Program-made: the position numbers and the translations under genes
Assembly: GCA_964016885.1 (NCBI GenBank)
Contig: OZ024743.1
Coordinates: 263,872,001 to 263,936,000 of the forward strand
Direction of reading: 5' to 3'
From: Eledone cirrhosa
Lineage: Eukaryota
Length of the DNA: 64,000 nucleotides
The notes under the pieces: model-generated
The model's database searches: none
What the model saw: only the letters and a program-made list of their open reading frames with translations
What the model was told of the DNA's origin: nothing
In this document: positions 10,688 to 24,400 of the stretch, in pieces
How the letters are laid out: every line of letters begins with the position of its first letter
How positions within the stretch are numbered: the first letter of the stretch is position 1

Positions 10688-11477
10688 ATATTTTTAAGGC
10701 AACGCTTGTAATAACTCTAGTTAAACATTATATATATTAATAATAAATTATCGTTGTAATGTAATTAGATTATATAATTGTTATTTTATAAATGATCTTA
10801 TAAATATTATTGTAAGATGTATAAAAATATTTTCAGACTTTTAATATAAACAATTACAAAAAACAATCAATATTAAATAACTATATTTAACATAATAATT
10901 GTTATAGTTGAATTAATAAAAAATAAATATTATATACAAATAGTGTAACATAATAATAAAAAAATAATCTAACATAATAATAATAAAATAATCTAACATA
11001 AAACGAATAATAATATGCACAAATGTACAAGTAAAATATGATACAACCAATATTATAAGCATGTTATAACGAACTGGAAAAAAAAATAGTTAATATAAAT
11101 TAAAAAAATCATATATAAATTAACAATATAACTTACCAAAACGAGAAAAATATGTTGATGATAAACGACGAAATACAGGAGGAAGATTCGAAAGCCAAAC
11201 GATAAATAAACGTGCCAACAAAGTGGCGGATGCTTTTGAGCAACGATTACTCTCATTGGTTGATTAGCCAATTAGACGATACATTACAAAAGATGTTTGG
11301 GAGGGATCACCACGGCCATTGAAACCCCTTGAACTTTTTATTCACAAGCTATGCATATATGTGAGAGACACGCAGACTTCAAACATTCTGTTGTTAGTCA
11401 CTGCATGTCTAACAGATGAATACACAGACATGCACACATACACACACACATAAACAGACACGCGCGCGCGCGCACAT

Positions 11478-11544
<67 letters not shown>

Positions 11545-12078
11545 AATCAGATAAATATCCCTGTGCATATATATAATGAAGAAAGATTGCTATATCATTT
11601 TAAGTTCTGGGGATCTTGGTGCATTATAAAGGTGGTTTGCTATAGACGTTCTCTGAATTACACTCAACAACATAGTCCAGGCAACAGATACCATATAATT
11701 TCCGCCCAGTAATATTTTCTCTTATATATATATATATATATGTGTGTGTGTGGGGTGGGGGGGGGGGGGTTAGTTACTGTGTGTGTTGCAGTGAATTTTC
11801 TAAAAAGAATTATATCCAATTATTGGCAGGCCGTTCAGTTTGAAGGACGTTGTAATATATGAAATTAGGTTAGATTCACAACAGTATCAAGTGTCGAATA
11901 TGCGCGTTTAGCTGAGGAATTATTTCCGCGGCTCGTCAGTCGGACATCGTTGAAAGGTTTACTGTCAGAATCCTGAGAACATTAGTTTCATTTTCAAAGG
12001 TGTCGCACTAACGAGCTGCGGAAATAATCTGAGCAATACACGCGTATTCGATAGATGAAAATGTGGTGAATTTAACCG

Positions 12079-12210
<132 letters not shown>

Positions 12211-13399
12211 ACACACACAACCACACACACACACTCTCACACTCACACATACACACACAACTACACACAGACATATTTATTTATCTATTTATGTTGTGTT
12301 ATTTACCAATGGGTAGAACTGGTCATTCCATTAAGTCAACCATGATGTAATAAATAGGTATAGTGATTTTGCAACATTAAGTCTTTAATGGAATATCTCC
12401 AGTCTGGCCTTCTGTTGTTTTAAATTTATATACATATATTATGATTCGTATACACACAAAACTATTGCGCAGTTTTAGCTTGCATGATCTTACACGATTG
12501 CATGACGGCAATCACTATTAGTCAGGTCCTTTCACCAGGTGACTATGTTCAACCGCCTCAACAAGGTGAAAAATCTCGCAGTATAGCATGAAAGATCTCG
12601 TGAATTGTGAGAGATTAACAGGGAATTCGTAATCTGCAAAAGGAAGGTATGTCAGATATTAATATTTACCGATTTCCTCTTCTCGTGAAAAATTATATTC
12701 TCTATGCCCTAGAAAAACATTGCGAAAATAAACAATGCACAAAGTGCGTTCCAAAATTACTACTTATATATGGGTACATGGGCAACCTTCAACATTTCCA
12801 GAAAACCGTTAAAATATCTCCTTTTAGAAAATGGCGGGAACTTTCTATTCAACCTGTAGTGACCTACATTCCGCGGGCTCACATACATTCTCTGTGCGTG
12901 ATTTGGCTCAGCTCAGCCAATCAGCGCCAGTAGAAGAGGATGTATCCCTACGCGTCCTGAGGGAGAAGTAGCCCGCAAAGATTTGAGGACGCCACCACTT
13001 CTAGGCTAGATGACTTCCAGGCTTGAGCATGCTAAGTAAACAGCGCTTGTTCTTTTGCTCCGCCAGAGCAAACAATATGTAACGACAAAACATTCCTACG
13101 GAGCTGGCTAAACGCCTTCAGCCAGTTGACCGTATTTTCTCTTGTAATCTTAATTGAATTATTTCATTTCTCTCGGCATGCCAACTTAACTCACTTCTTA
13201 ACTTCTGTTAAGAAATAATGTAAAACCAAGCAAAAGTCGTTTTCGATATTCCTATCATATCTTTCTACCAAACCTGGTTCCTCGTGGCAACATTACAACT
13301 TCTGAAATATACTTCTTCGCTGAATTGGAATTTACATTTTCAACCAAATTGGTGACAACAACATTTCTTTCACCAAAAACCCAATATCGTCTTCGGCTA

Positions 13400-14060
13400 G
13401 ATCCCCAAGCCTGACCAACCATTTTGCTCGTGTCTTCCCCTGTGTCTCCTGCCGGTTGGTTTCGCCCGCAAGACCTATCCAGCAATTCATTCCTGAGACA
13501 TTTTAACCACATACCCATAGTATCGGAGATCTCTCAATTCGGAGAGGTAGTGGCTCTACCTATCGAGTAAATTAGCTCTAAAGATCCATCGGAAGAACCC
13601 CATTACCGTTACTGGTATTCCCGCTCGTATACTTTCGGTCATTACCCAAGATAAATGAGCATAGGTAGGGGTTAGCACGAATACCCAATTGTATATAGGA
13701 AGTTTGGATCTTACGACTACCTCCCTTCTTCTGTTTACCAAATGCTGAAGCTGGTGCATTACTGCACTAGCTCCTGCAATTCTTGCACTTAATTCAGCCT
13801 CCTGACTTTCCTGACTTGTGAACACGACTCCGAAAAACATGACTTCTCCACCTGCTTCAGTAGAACTCCAATTTCATGTATAGTTCACCTCACTGGTTTC
13901 CTTGAGAAGAAGAGAGATTCAGTTTTCGCAGCAATGATTCCCATTTCAGATATGCAGCACTTGGTATCAAATATATCGAGTGCAAGTCGGAAATCACCTT
14001 CTGACGAGTTAAGTAACACCATGTCGTCTGCAAATTCTAGGTGACCTTTTTTACACTCGT
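13400..14060 (-). pseudogene. Decayed RTE-clade LINE RT C-terminal fragment
   Basis: Minus strand gives ADDMVLL near 14030, then ELSARIAGASAVMHQLQ...SKLPIYNWVFVLTPTYAHLSWVMTE...MGFFRWI (ORF 13556-13840), typical of RTE/Expander-type RT ends. Confidence 0.75.
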
Positions 14061-14110
14061 GATATCGGTTCCAACTCGGCTACGCATGTCAATTGTGTTC
14101 TGGATACCGC

Positions 14111-14177
<67 letters not shown>

Positions 14178-14181
<4 letters not shown>

Positions 14182-14930
14182 AATTTGTATATCTACCAAC
14201 ATATATATATAAAGATGCATACCTATGCTAGCAAATATATAGGTTTTGTCTTAGTAACTTTGTGGTTCAATGCAAGGGGATGCGGAACAATTATATGAAA
14301 GACGTAAAAGAAAAAAATTATAAAAATTAACTTACTAAAATTTCACTCCAACTAATTAGTTTCTGAAAGGGAATAAACATGGTTTCCGAATGGAACAACA
14401 TGGAGAATACCTTTCGTCATCAGGAAGTCAATTCTCAGCTAAGTTCCCAGGCGATACGTGGACACAGGGAACTTATACAAACATAATTCAGTGGATGGAA
14501 AAAAGCAAGCGAGGACTAAATTCCAAGACATTGAAAAAATCACTGCCTACTTGGTCGGTGGCAAATTCAAAAGAATCAATCACGTGACATCAAGGTTAAT
14601 CAGTGTGGAGTGTGGTGTTAAGAAGACAGTAGCCGAACTATTACTATGAACTATGAACTATAGTAGCAGTTTTGGCAAATTTTTTCTCAACAAAATAATT
14701 TAGAGATAATTATAAAGAATTTGTATATCTACCAACATATATATATATACAGATGCATACCTATGGTAGCAAATATATAGGTTTTGTCTTAGTAACTTTG
14801 TGGTTCAATGCAAGGGGATGTAGAACAATTATATGAAAGACGTAAAATAAGAAAATTATAAAAATTAACTTGTAGTGAAATTTTAGTAAGTACGTTAATT
14901 TTTATAATTTTCTTATTTTATGTCTTTCAT
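14178..14930 (-). mobile_element. Non-coding tandem + inverted pseudo-LTR element with HHR (family G), ~536-bp period
   Basis: Direct repeats 14178-14333 and 14714-14871, and a short inverted piece 14873-14930. Homologous to 63410-64000. Between (TA)n runs. Confidence 0.8.
14345..14428 (-). ncRNA. Type I hammerhead (family G)
   Basis: ACTTC-CTGATGA-CGAAAGG...CCTTTCA-GAAAC-TAATTA-GTT-GGAGT with palindromic stem III AACTAATTAGTT. Confidence 0.8.
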
Positions 14931-14952
14931 ATATATATATATATATATATAT

Positions 14953-15004
14953 ATTTCGTTTCTGAATTTGTTTAGTTATTGGCAACATGACCCTCCCAAA
15001 GTAT

Positions 15005-15010
<6 letters not shown>
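14953..15010. mobile_element. 58-bp minimal family F remnant (inverted tail fused to the 3' end) between two (TA)n runs
   Basis: ATTTCGTTTCTGAATTTGTTTAG is the reverse complement of 9187-9209. It is joined to TTATTGGCAACATGACCCTCCCAAAGTATAACAAT, which matches 9116-9149. Confidence 0.7.
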
Positions 15011-15084
<74 letters not shown>

Positions 15085-15264
15085 TTATCTATCTTTCTAT
15101 ATCTCTCTATTTAGTCACATGCATTTCTTCTTTTTCTTCGTTTCTCTTTCTTTCTTTCTTTCTCTCTTTCTTTTTACAACTGTCCACAATATTTTTTACT
15201 GCCAAATCAACCTCCCAAATGCAAGGTGATTGAAAGGTATGTCGTATCTATTTATTTATAAGAC

Positions 15265-15469
15265 TGTTTATATTGTATTTTGTCTGAACAAGGCATAACA
15301 TATTGTTAATAAGATATCCCTGAAATATATATAACGAAATAAATATGGTTTTATAAATATAGTTTCCATTTATTTAATATCATAAATATACTCCAAATAC
15401 TTGTTGAGTGCTTTTATATCAGTTATAAATATTTACTCGTTGTTAACCCAACAATTTAAATATAACTTT

Positions 15470-15519
<50 letters not shown>

Positions 15520-15859
15520 ATGGTCATGTTGCCAAAAAAATCATACGGACTATGTGATTTTCACTTCAGCTTTATTAAAATTTATCATTTTTTTCGCAAA
15601 GCTCTTTCGTTTGACATACTGTGAACTCCACAATTGCTATTTGTTTTCTATTTTTCCACCTCTTGTTTCTGATCTTTTCTTGAGTGTTTTCTTTGCAATA
15701 TTGTCAACGTAACATGATTCCTCAAATATAACAATACATGTTTCAAAACACGATTTAAAGAAACTTTCAAAATAAATATATAAAGATGTGCACACATATA
15801 TATATCATTCTCTCTCTCTTTCTCTCTCTGTCTCTCTCCCTCTCTCTTCCCTCACTCTC

Positions 15860-15933
<74 letters not shown>

Positions 15934-16095
15934 TAAGACCCGGGGAATAACCACAGTATGAAATGTATTCCAATACATTAGTAGATTGTAAACAACAAAT
16001 TTAGTATATAAATGTCATCCGAAAGAAATCATGAGGAAAGTCTGGCTTTCGAATGAAACAGCTTTTGTTCTGTAGAAGCCATTTCTATATTAAAT
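15265..16095. mobile_element. Cluster of decayed pseudo-LTR fragments (families H, F and L) separated by (TA)n
   Basis: 15265-15410 resembles 32750-32870. 15517-15770 resembles 8695-8870/9120-9180. 15930-16095 resembles 55670-55745 and the HHR 3' half GAATGAAACAG..CTGTAGAA. Confidence 0.6.
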
Positions 16096-16104
16096 TTGAT
16101 TTGC

Positions 16105-16157
<53 letters not shown>

Positions 16158-18364
16158 TGAGAGGAGGGGAGAAAAAGGAGACAGAGAGGGGTGGAGAGAG
16201 AGTGAGAGAGAGGGAGACGGAAAGAGTGAGAAAATATGTATAATTATATATGTGTGTGTGTGTGAATGTGTGTGCGTGTATGTATATACAAGTGCGTGTA
16301 TCTGTCTGCATGTTTATCTATATTTATATATATATATATTATTGTGAAAGAAAAAAATTACATAATCGAAATAAAAGGCACATGAAAAATACGAGATATT
16401 AGGAAAACTGACCGATAAAGAAAAAAAATATGATTGATTTTATTTTAAGACCACGTTTCGATTTCTATCAATAAAATACGTTTTCAATACATTTTATCTC
16501 CTTTTTTTTTGTTTTCGTCTTTGAAATTTTGATAAAGATCGGCCGAAATGCACAGATTTATTTGGCTTCTTTTAACTCTTTTTAGTTTCGTGCCAAATCA
16601 TACCATCATTGCTCATTTTACGCATATACCATTATGGAAATGTTATAGAGCTATTTTCCTAGCTGTTATCGTTGCGTGTGTTCTTATAATGATGCTTGTA
16701 TAGTTATGCTTTTGTTCAATCTCCTCTGTTGTTATTCTTTTGTTTTCATCTGTGCACATGTAGTATGATGATAATATGCAGTTATCACTGAACTTAAGAG
16801 ATGGATATTTATGTTTTACTTTTTTTTTTGTTTGTAAAATTCGTGAGACAAAATCTCTTTGAACGATAATGCAGTCAACTGATATATTATTTTTCTTGTA
16901 TTTTTTGTTATTTTCGTCTATTGTCAATGTAGAGAAATGGCATTAAATACGATGATGGTTATTCTATGTTTTTGCGTTGTCTTTTTTAATAGAAATGTAA
17001 CGGCAGGAAAATATAGTAGGGCAACGAAACGAAATTGTTTTTTAACCGTCAATAGTATACGAATATTATTGTCTCTGCGGCACTTTAATATTTGTTACTT
17101 CAGCAAAACCAGAAAGAAAAGTTAAATTTAAGCTACTGTAACATGTTAACCATTGTCCTGGCCTCAATTTTGTGAAATGCGCATGTTTTTGAAGTAAGGT
17201 TGCTTTTTTAACAACATCGATTTTCAATTGAACTCAAAATTCTTTCAACTGTACGATTAGACTATAAAATACTCCGCAACGTTTTATGGGCCAAATATAG
17301 AGCCTCTGGTTGGTCATTCGAACTGTTAGAAATAGAATCTCAATTACCCTCAAATCAAACTCCGCCCTGTTATATATTGTTGATCACAGTTCACAGCTTA
17401 TGGGACAAATATGAAATAGTGACGGTTGGGTGTCTTTTAGTGATAGAGTTACTCAATGAGATTAAAAAATCAACCGCAGCATTTTGCGCCAGCAAGGGAA
17501 CCATCTACCTGGTCACACAATCTGCTAGAAATTACAAATAAATCACCTCTAAATTAAACCATACTTTTGTTATACATAAAGGAGATTTTAAATAATGTAT
17601 TCCTTGACACACTACTCTTAACAAAACAACTGCTTAGCTATACTGAGAAAATGTGCTTTATTACGCTAACCCCTAATTAAAGAACATAAACAACTGCAAC
17701 TTTGGGAAGTCGTTGGGGGAAATCTCTACATGGTCCTTGACTTACTAAAACAGCAACATATAAAGAACATATTAGATAGTGTTTTCTGAGTTACACTGAG
17801 GTGAGGTTAATAATGAAATCGCTGATTTATTGATCCCTTCAGATAGCTGATTTTGAGATAAGAAGGGTAAAAACAACCTCTGTCCTTAACTGGTAATTTA
17901 TGAATTGATACAGAAAGAATAAATCGCAAAACGCTATCTCTGTGGGATTTGAACTTAGAGTGCAGTAAAGCAGAACAAATGGTTCTATCAAATACTCAAA
18001 TACTTCGCCATTTCGCCACATGTATATATACATTCCCCATTTCGCTGCCTACCATTAAAGAAAGACAATAGAATCTGAGGAAATCATATTTGTGTGGGTC
18101 AACTGTTGCAAATTGTATACATAAAAATACAAAACGTAGAAACAGTGAAATAAATTATAAGAGAAACAACAATACAGCATAACCTATGAATTGAGTTGCA
18201 TTCACATGGATTTAGCTTCTCTCTAGAATTATACCTCTGGTTAACATAAGAGACCTTTCGCTAATGTGGAATGTTTTATCATGTGGAAGAAGATGATCTT
18301 CGACGGGCCCATCACTTTTATAATTGTTATAACTATTTTTTTGGATTCCTTCTACCAATTATGT

Positions 18365-18490
18365 GAAGGCATGTGGATGAGTAGTTAGAGAATTGGATTC
18401 ATAAATCTTGAGGTTGTGAGTTCCATTCCTGGACCGGGCGATGCGTTATGTGCTTGAGGAAGACACTTTATTTCACCTTGCTCCTTCTAC
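18365..18490 (+). mobile_element. Decayed tRNA-derived SINE
   Basis: A-box-like TGGATGAGTAGTTAGAG, B-box-like GAGTTCCATTCC, then a TGTGCTTGAGGAAGACACTTTATTTCACCTTGCTCC core-type segment. Confidence 0.6.
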
Positions 18491-19049
18491 TTGGAGTTGC
18501 GACCGATAGATAGTACTAGCAACTGGAAAGACCGACGAAAACATTTTTTCCTCGGTCCAGTTTGACGAAAGTCGATCGATCCTTTCTACCAATTATCTGC
18601 ACAGGATTATTATTCAGTAATTCCGTTGAAAAAATATATTATAACTAATTTTTCATCATCAGGTCACGGCCTGATTGTGATTCTGAGATTAGAATCTAGC
18701 TTGCATCCGTGTATTTTGTGTGAATTTAATTTAGAGCTGATAGCTTGAAGGTTTTCAGCATTAAATAACTTGTTGTTCTCCTCAGGCCCATTATATATAT
18801 CATCGAATTTGTTCTGAGGGTTTTTGACAACATTGAGACATTTAGTGGCATGTGATATTTTCCTATCACCAACGTAACTAGTAAAAGTGGTTTTGTTAAG
18901 ACTAATTTAGTTTCGCTATTAAAAAAGAGGAAATTGATGGGTCCAATTAGCAATCAGAAATAACGAAAGGACTGGGAGGTGATGTCTAATTTCACAGCAA
19001 CACTAAACACTGGTGTGAATAAGACCACTAAAATACTGCAGAATGGTAA

Positions 19050-19625
19050 GAATAAATAAAGGCATTCATACTGCATCATGCGTTGTGCTAGACTACAAGG
19101 GATGTGTTCAGGCATTAGTTAGAGGGGTCTGTTCGGAAAATATATTACAGTCCCCATCTAACCTTACAAGAACTGGTGTGGGTCTGCGACCTGTATTGGC
19201 AGGCTGTGGATGGACCCAAAATGGTTGCTTAACCTGAGACGCCAGAGCAGGTCAGCAAACCGTAACAATTGGTAATCGCAACGTTACAACTTTTATAAGT
19301 AAGAAGCAGGAACTCTTAAAGAAGGCTAGATATATATGGGTTTCCTCAAGAAAGTTCTGTAGATTTGGATAAAATATGAGAACTGCAATATACAGCTGTG
19401 GCTCAGTTGTGACACTGCTCCGATACTACGGACATATAATTAGAATGTTTCAAGAATTAATAGCTGGTCAGATTCTAAGGGGGGCCAATTCAACTGGCAA
19501 GACGACCCAGAGCAAGATGGCTGGTTAACATCATTGAGCTCAGCTGGTTTCGCTTGGCAATGCAACCAGATCAATTGGAGACAGTTGTATCTGGCAGGAC
19601 CCGATACAACTACTTTCACATGTAT
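19050..19625 (+). pseudogene. Decayed RTE LINE 3' fragment
   Basis: Remnants LLRYYGHIIRM (~19415-19447) and RRPRARWL (~19500-19525), characteristic of RTE ORF ends. Confidence 0.55.
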
Positions 19626-21154
19626 TGAGAAAAATAAATTAAGAAGAACTATAAATATAAATATAAATATAAATAAAAATATTATATAGTAATTATAATC
19701 TTAATGACAGTGATAATTAAACATTATTGATTAATGGGTAAGTAATCTAGTTCACGCTCATTGTGAAATAAAAGAAAAGGAAATGTAGTGTGGTGTTCCG
19801 GTGTAATTGACGTAATAACCCTTCACATCTCTGCAAAGTCCAAAAATGATATACCAGTACCGAGTATATTCATAGACTAGTAATTAATTGATTAATTAAT
19901 TGCAAGCACTGAAGGAATAGAGACAATTCATCAGACGATAAGTCGAAAGTGCAACGCATACCAGATCATTTTAATAATAATAATGATAAAGATAATGTTG
20001 ATGAAATTGTGGAGGGAAGATAAAAATCAAGCAAACAAGTATATAGTTGAAGGTAAAATGGAAACTAAACACTAAATTAGTAGCTACTATTGAGTCGAAG
20101 AGGTCGCTTGATATCAGATGTCATTTCGAATATAATATAAATATATTCTATAATATAAAATACGAAATATGAAAAATACAACAGCCACGGGATACCACAT
20201 GTACAATGGATGAGTTACATAGCGTAGAGTGCATTTTGTGGTTTACTAAAATGAATGACCATTTCTACCCATTGATAAACAGGTAAACTACACAACATAA
20301 ATGGTATATATATGTATGTGTGTGCGTGTATATGTGTGTGTGTGTGTGTATGTATGTGCGTGTGTGCGTGTGTGTGTGTACACGCTGATTTGAGAAGCTT
20401 TAAGAGAGTTTGCAATAATTCGATAAGTCGATTACAATAAATTATAGTTGATAAAATCTTGTCAAATATCCCTGGAGACGGAAGAATGCCTCTCATAGGT
20501 GCTTAGGCGAAATCGAACCCTAAATCTCTTAGATGCCGGTTGAGTGCTTTTATGTAATTACAATAATCGGCATATTCCTCATTATCATCATTTTCATGGT
20601 TATCATCATGGTGATCAGTTAGAGTTATTATCTTCAATACACGACTACGAGTTATGCCATCATTATAATTATTGTTTTCGCCATTATCACTCTCCTTATC
20701 GTCTATGTGGTGGAGCCATCTTTATACAAAGGCAACCTCAAAAGTGTTAATGTACCTGACGCCGATGTCGTGTACATTATTAATTACGATAAGGCTAAAG
20801 TTTCTAAAGAGCTAACATTTCTTCTGTCAAAGTTAGTTCTTGTTGAAACAAACTTGTATTATATGCTTTCTTTTGGTAAAGCAAGGATACGATTCAGACC
20901 TCACCTGCTGACAAGTAACTAATAGATAGTGCACTCAATAATAACAAACAAACAAGATTAGGACTGGCCTTTAGCTTAGCTTATTAAAGAAAGTACACTG
21001 TAATTACTTTTCGTTGTAAGTGCCATAGAAATTACGAAGTTTCTATATACTTCGTCACACACATGAGCTGAATGTTTGTAAACTTTCTGTCCCATTATTT
21101 ACATCCTTCTCAAGTTATGCCTCTCGCTTTCTCATTCTCTCTCTCACACACACA

Positions 21155-21257
<103 letters not shown>

Positions 21258-21268
21258 TAGATATAGAT

Positions 21269-21342
<74 letters not shown>

Positions 21343-21346
21343 GTAC

Positions 21347-21397
21347 AGAATTAGCCGTCGAAACGGCTTGAACTCAGCCGTCGGGGTCTTACTTGTT

Positions 21398-21400
<3 letters not shown>
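21347..21400 (+). mobile_element. Family B half-hammerhead fragment in (TA)n
   Basis: AGAATTAGCCGTCGAAACGGCTTGAACTCAGCCGTCGGGGTCTTACTTGTTCCT matches 239-290 with few changes. Confidence 0.8.
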
Positions 21401-21443
<43 letters not shown>

Positions 21444-21840
21444 TGTATGAACGTATATATGTGTGCTCGTAAGTATATGTTTGATGGGAACGAATAGATA
21501 TATTGATAGTTACATATATAATTTCAACCGACAAAGTAGAAAAACTTAGTCCAACGTAAGCTTAAGAAAGATTACATCTATCTAACAGAAATTCTGTATA
21601 ATATCTATCACCTTTGATCTGTGTTCGACTGTATACAATCCGCACTTGTGGAATCTGTCACTAAAGTAGTCATATCTTCAGAGACGTTTGTAAGGATTGA
21701 CAACGCATTAATAGAAGAAAGTATTAAATTTGAAAGACACATCACACCACATGACTGTGTGTAAACCCTCAACATATGTAAGTATATATTCTGCGTCCGT
21801 TTGTATATTTATAATTTGTCAGTCGCTGTGTGTATGTTTG

Positions 21841-21934
<94 letters not shown>

Positions 21935-22120
21935 CGCGCGTGTGTGCATGTGTGTGTGATATGTGTCTATCAGTATGTGCGTGTATGTCTGCTTGATTAC
22001 TGAAAAATGGCATTTCATAATGGTAAATTATAATGGGAATTATATGCGAAGGAATGGCAGTAATGGATTTTATTTTTATAGTGTTAATAGTGGTAATAAT
22101 GTAAATGATGAAGACGAGAT

Positions 22121-22165
22121 TACTACTACTACTACAACTACTACTACTACTACTACTACTACTAG

Positions 22166-22200
<35 letters not shown>

Positions 22201-22220
22201 ATACTACTACTACTAATACT
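22121..22220. repeat. (TAC)n microsatellite
   Basis: Direct reading. It produces the spurious poly-S/T/L ORFs. Confidence 0.95.
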
Positions 22221-22384
22221 GATGCTGCTAATGATTTCTTTTATTAACCACAAGAATCAATATACAGATGGAAAACAACACCTAGTGGCGTTTCCATCGA
22301 GTAATAGAGAGGAGAGGTCAAGAAAAGGAAAACAGTAGATATTATAGAAGTTCTAATACTGAAACATAGTCACGAGTAGAGTTG

Positions 22385-22532
22385 TGGACTGTCAGAATCG
22401 GTAGAGCTCATGATAAAATATCAACACAGTAATTGTTCTGGTGATTTGTATTCTGAGTTCAAATCCCAACGACGTCACATTTGGCTTTCATCCTACTGGG
22501 TCACTAAAATTAAGTAACAGTTAAATACCTGG
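22385..22532 (+). mobile_element. tRNA-derived Nin-domain SINE (octopus-type), decayed
   Basis: B-box GAGTTCAAATCCC followed by GCTTTCATCCT..GGGTCACTAAAATTAAGTAACAG. Confidence 0.7.
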
Positions 22533-22903
22533 TCATTTAGTTTAACAAGAGAAGAGATGCTGTTGTTGGATGAAACGATTCAGTTTCTAAAAAAGAGGTC
22601 TACACCAGCTGTGATAGTCGATACTGTCGAAAGATTTGGACTGATATAGATGGAGCCGCTCTACTATTTAACTCGTCACTTGTCTGTTGTCGTGGAAAGA
22701 TCTTCCAGGGATAGAATAGGTCTGTGCATCTCCAACTAAACTACCAAGGACAAGTGCTAACTATTTACCGAGCTCCTTTGCCAAAACCGAAAAATGAACT
22801 CAAGTCTTTATCACGTCTCGTAGTAGTCTGGTATATAGATCTAGAAATTATAGAGTAGGCCATCCAGCTTGACAATAGTAATAAGGACAACAAAAACGTC
22901 ATC

Positions 22904-22984
22904 GAGAAGAAGAAGAAGAAGAAGAAGAAGAAGAAGAAGAAGAAGAAGAAGAAGAAGAAGAAGAAGAAGAAGAAGAAGAAGAAA
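22904..22984. repeat. (GAA)n microsatellite
   Basis: Direct reading. Confidence 0.95.
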
Positions 22985-23368
22985 TCAACTAAATATAAGG
23001 ATCTGGACATGGAAAAATCTGAGCGTAGATAGTGTCCATTCTTAAATCAAACACCATGAATTGCGAATATATACAACATACAAGAAATAAAACTACTAGG
23101 ACTGCACATATATTACAAATGTACTTTGAATACAATAGAAACAAACATACAAAAACCAACTCTGCACATATCCAAAGCGGATAGGGATGTACTTAGTAAT
23201 GCAGTAACATCACGCAATGGAAATAAGACTAATGATCATTTATATAGTTGCACAAGAGCGCGAGGTGAATGGGACATTGTAAGGACAGGTACAAGGAGTT
23301 ATGGTTTCGCAACTATCTTACGTGACTTCCTATGTGGTGACGTGTCTCAGTAGTATTATTACATAGTA

Positions 23369-23545
23369 TCGGCAGAAGGTCAGACACTATGCATTGCAGT
23401 ATAGAGTTACACTCCTTTACAGTCTGAGTTCAAATCCCGGTTTTGTTTTTACTTTGCCTTTCCTCCCTACGGGGTCGATAAAATAAAGTAACAGTAATGC
23501 ACTCGTATAATTGCTGGCCTTGTACCAAATGTTGAAACAATTATT
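23369..23545 (+). mobile_element. tRNA-derived Nin-domain SINE
   Basis: CTGAGTTCAAATCCC..TTTGCCTTTCCTCCCTACGGGGTCGATAAAATAAAGTAACAG..GCTGGCCTTGTACCAAATGTTGAAACAATTATT. Confidence 0.8.
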
Positions 23546-23579
23546 ACATTCTGGCTCACAGAATTGAGAATTCTCTTGT

Positions 23580-24400
23580 TCTGCCGCCAGTTGCAGCAGA
23601 TATCGAATCACTGAACAAGTCCAGCGTGAGCTCCTAAAACTCGTACATAATATGATTGAAACCATGCAACTTGCTTCTCGTGCAGCACCCCACCACCTCC
23701 TGTAACGTGCCAGATGTTAATGGTTAGTCGCGCCATCTTGCCCTTTTTGCTGAGATCACCGTCTGGTCGATGAAGTAAGGGTTAAAGTTCGCTAGCGTCT
23801 CAAAGTTCTCATCTACCATGAATAATCGAGCCAAGTGCCTTTGCAAAGTTTCAAAGTAGAACACGTCAATCGTGATCTGTGAAAGCCCAAATCCTGGTTT
23901 TGTTTTTACAACGCGCCTCGCTACTCGAATCCAGTAAATGCCTTTCGTTCCCTCATATTTTAGTTCACGGCCCTTAGCTCTGACAATGCAGCCTTCGTGT
24001 CACAAGAGAATTCTTATCTTGCCAGTAGCACTCCCGTTGCACCCCATCTCCTAATAAACTCTTCTAACATATCTACTATTTCCTCTATATGATTTATATA
24101 TGTGGGCTCGTCCTTTGATATGGGCTGTTGCTTTTGTTCTTATTGTCATCTTCGGGCCACTCCACAACCAGTTGTTGAGAATTACCCTTACCCGTAAACA
24201 GCCACTTAAATAATTTCTGATCGGTCTCTGTAATCTTTCTGTGCTGAGAGAGACTTATTCAAATTCCAGTATCTGGATCCTAGATCATAGCTCAAATGTC
24301 GACTGAGCATATCAGAATTTGTCGTCTGTGTAGCTGAATAATTCGATTTGTGCATATTCAAGTATACCCTTATCTGCTAGCTTAACAATCACTATGTTTA
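23580..24400 (-). pseudogene. Decayed L1/Tx1-like LINE ORF2 fragment
   Basis: 23972-24000 (CCTTAGCTCTGACAATGCAGCCTTCGTG) is homologous to 29112-29140 of the larger LINE remnant (EGC.VRAK, similar to the L1/Tx1 EGA.IRSR motif). Confidence 0.45.

Noticed and set aside
12860-12940. CCAAT-box and CpG-containing patch as a host promoter
   Set aside because: No downstream gene evidence. It could be a decayed repeat.
23420-23445. GTTCAAATCCC B-boxes as tRNA genes
   Set aside because: No cloverleaf, and each is followed by a SINE body.
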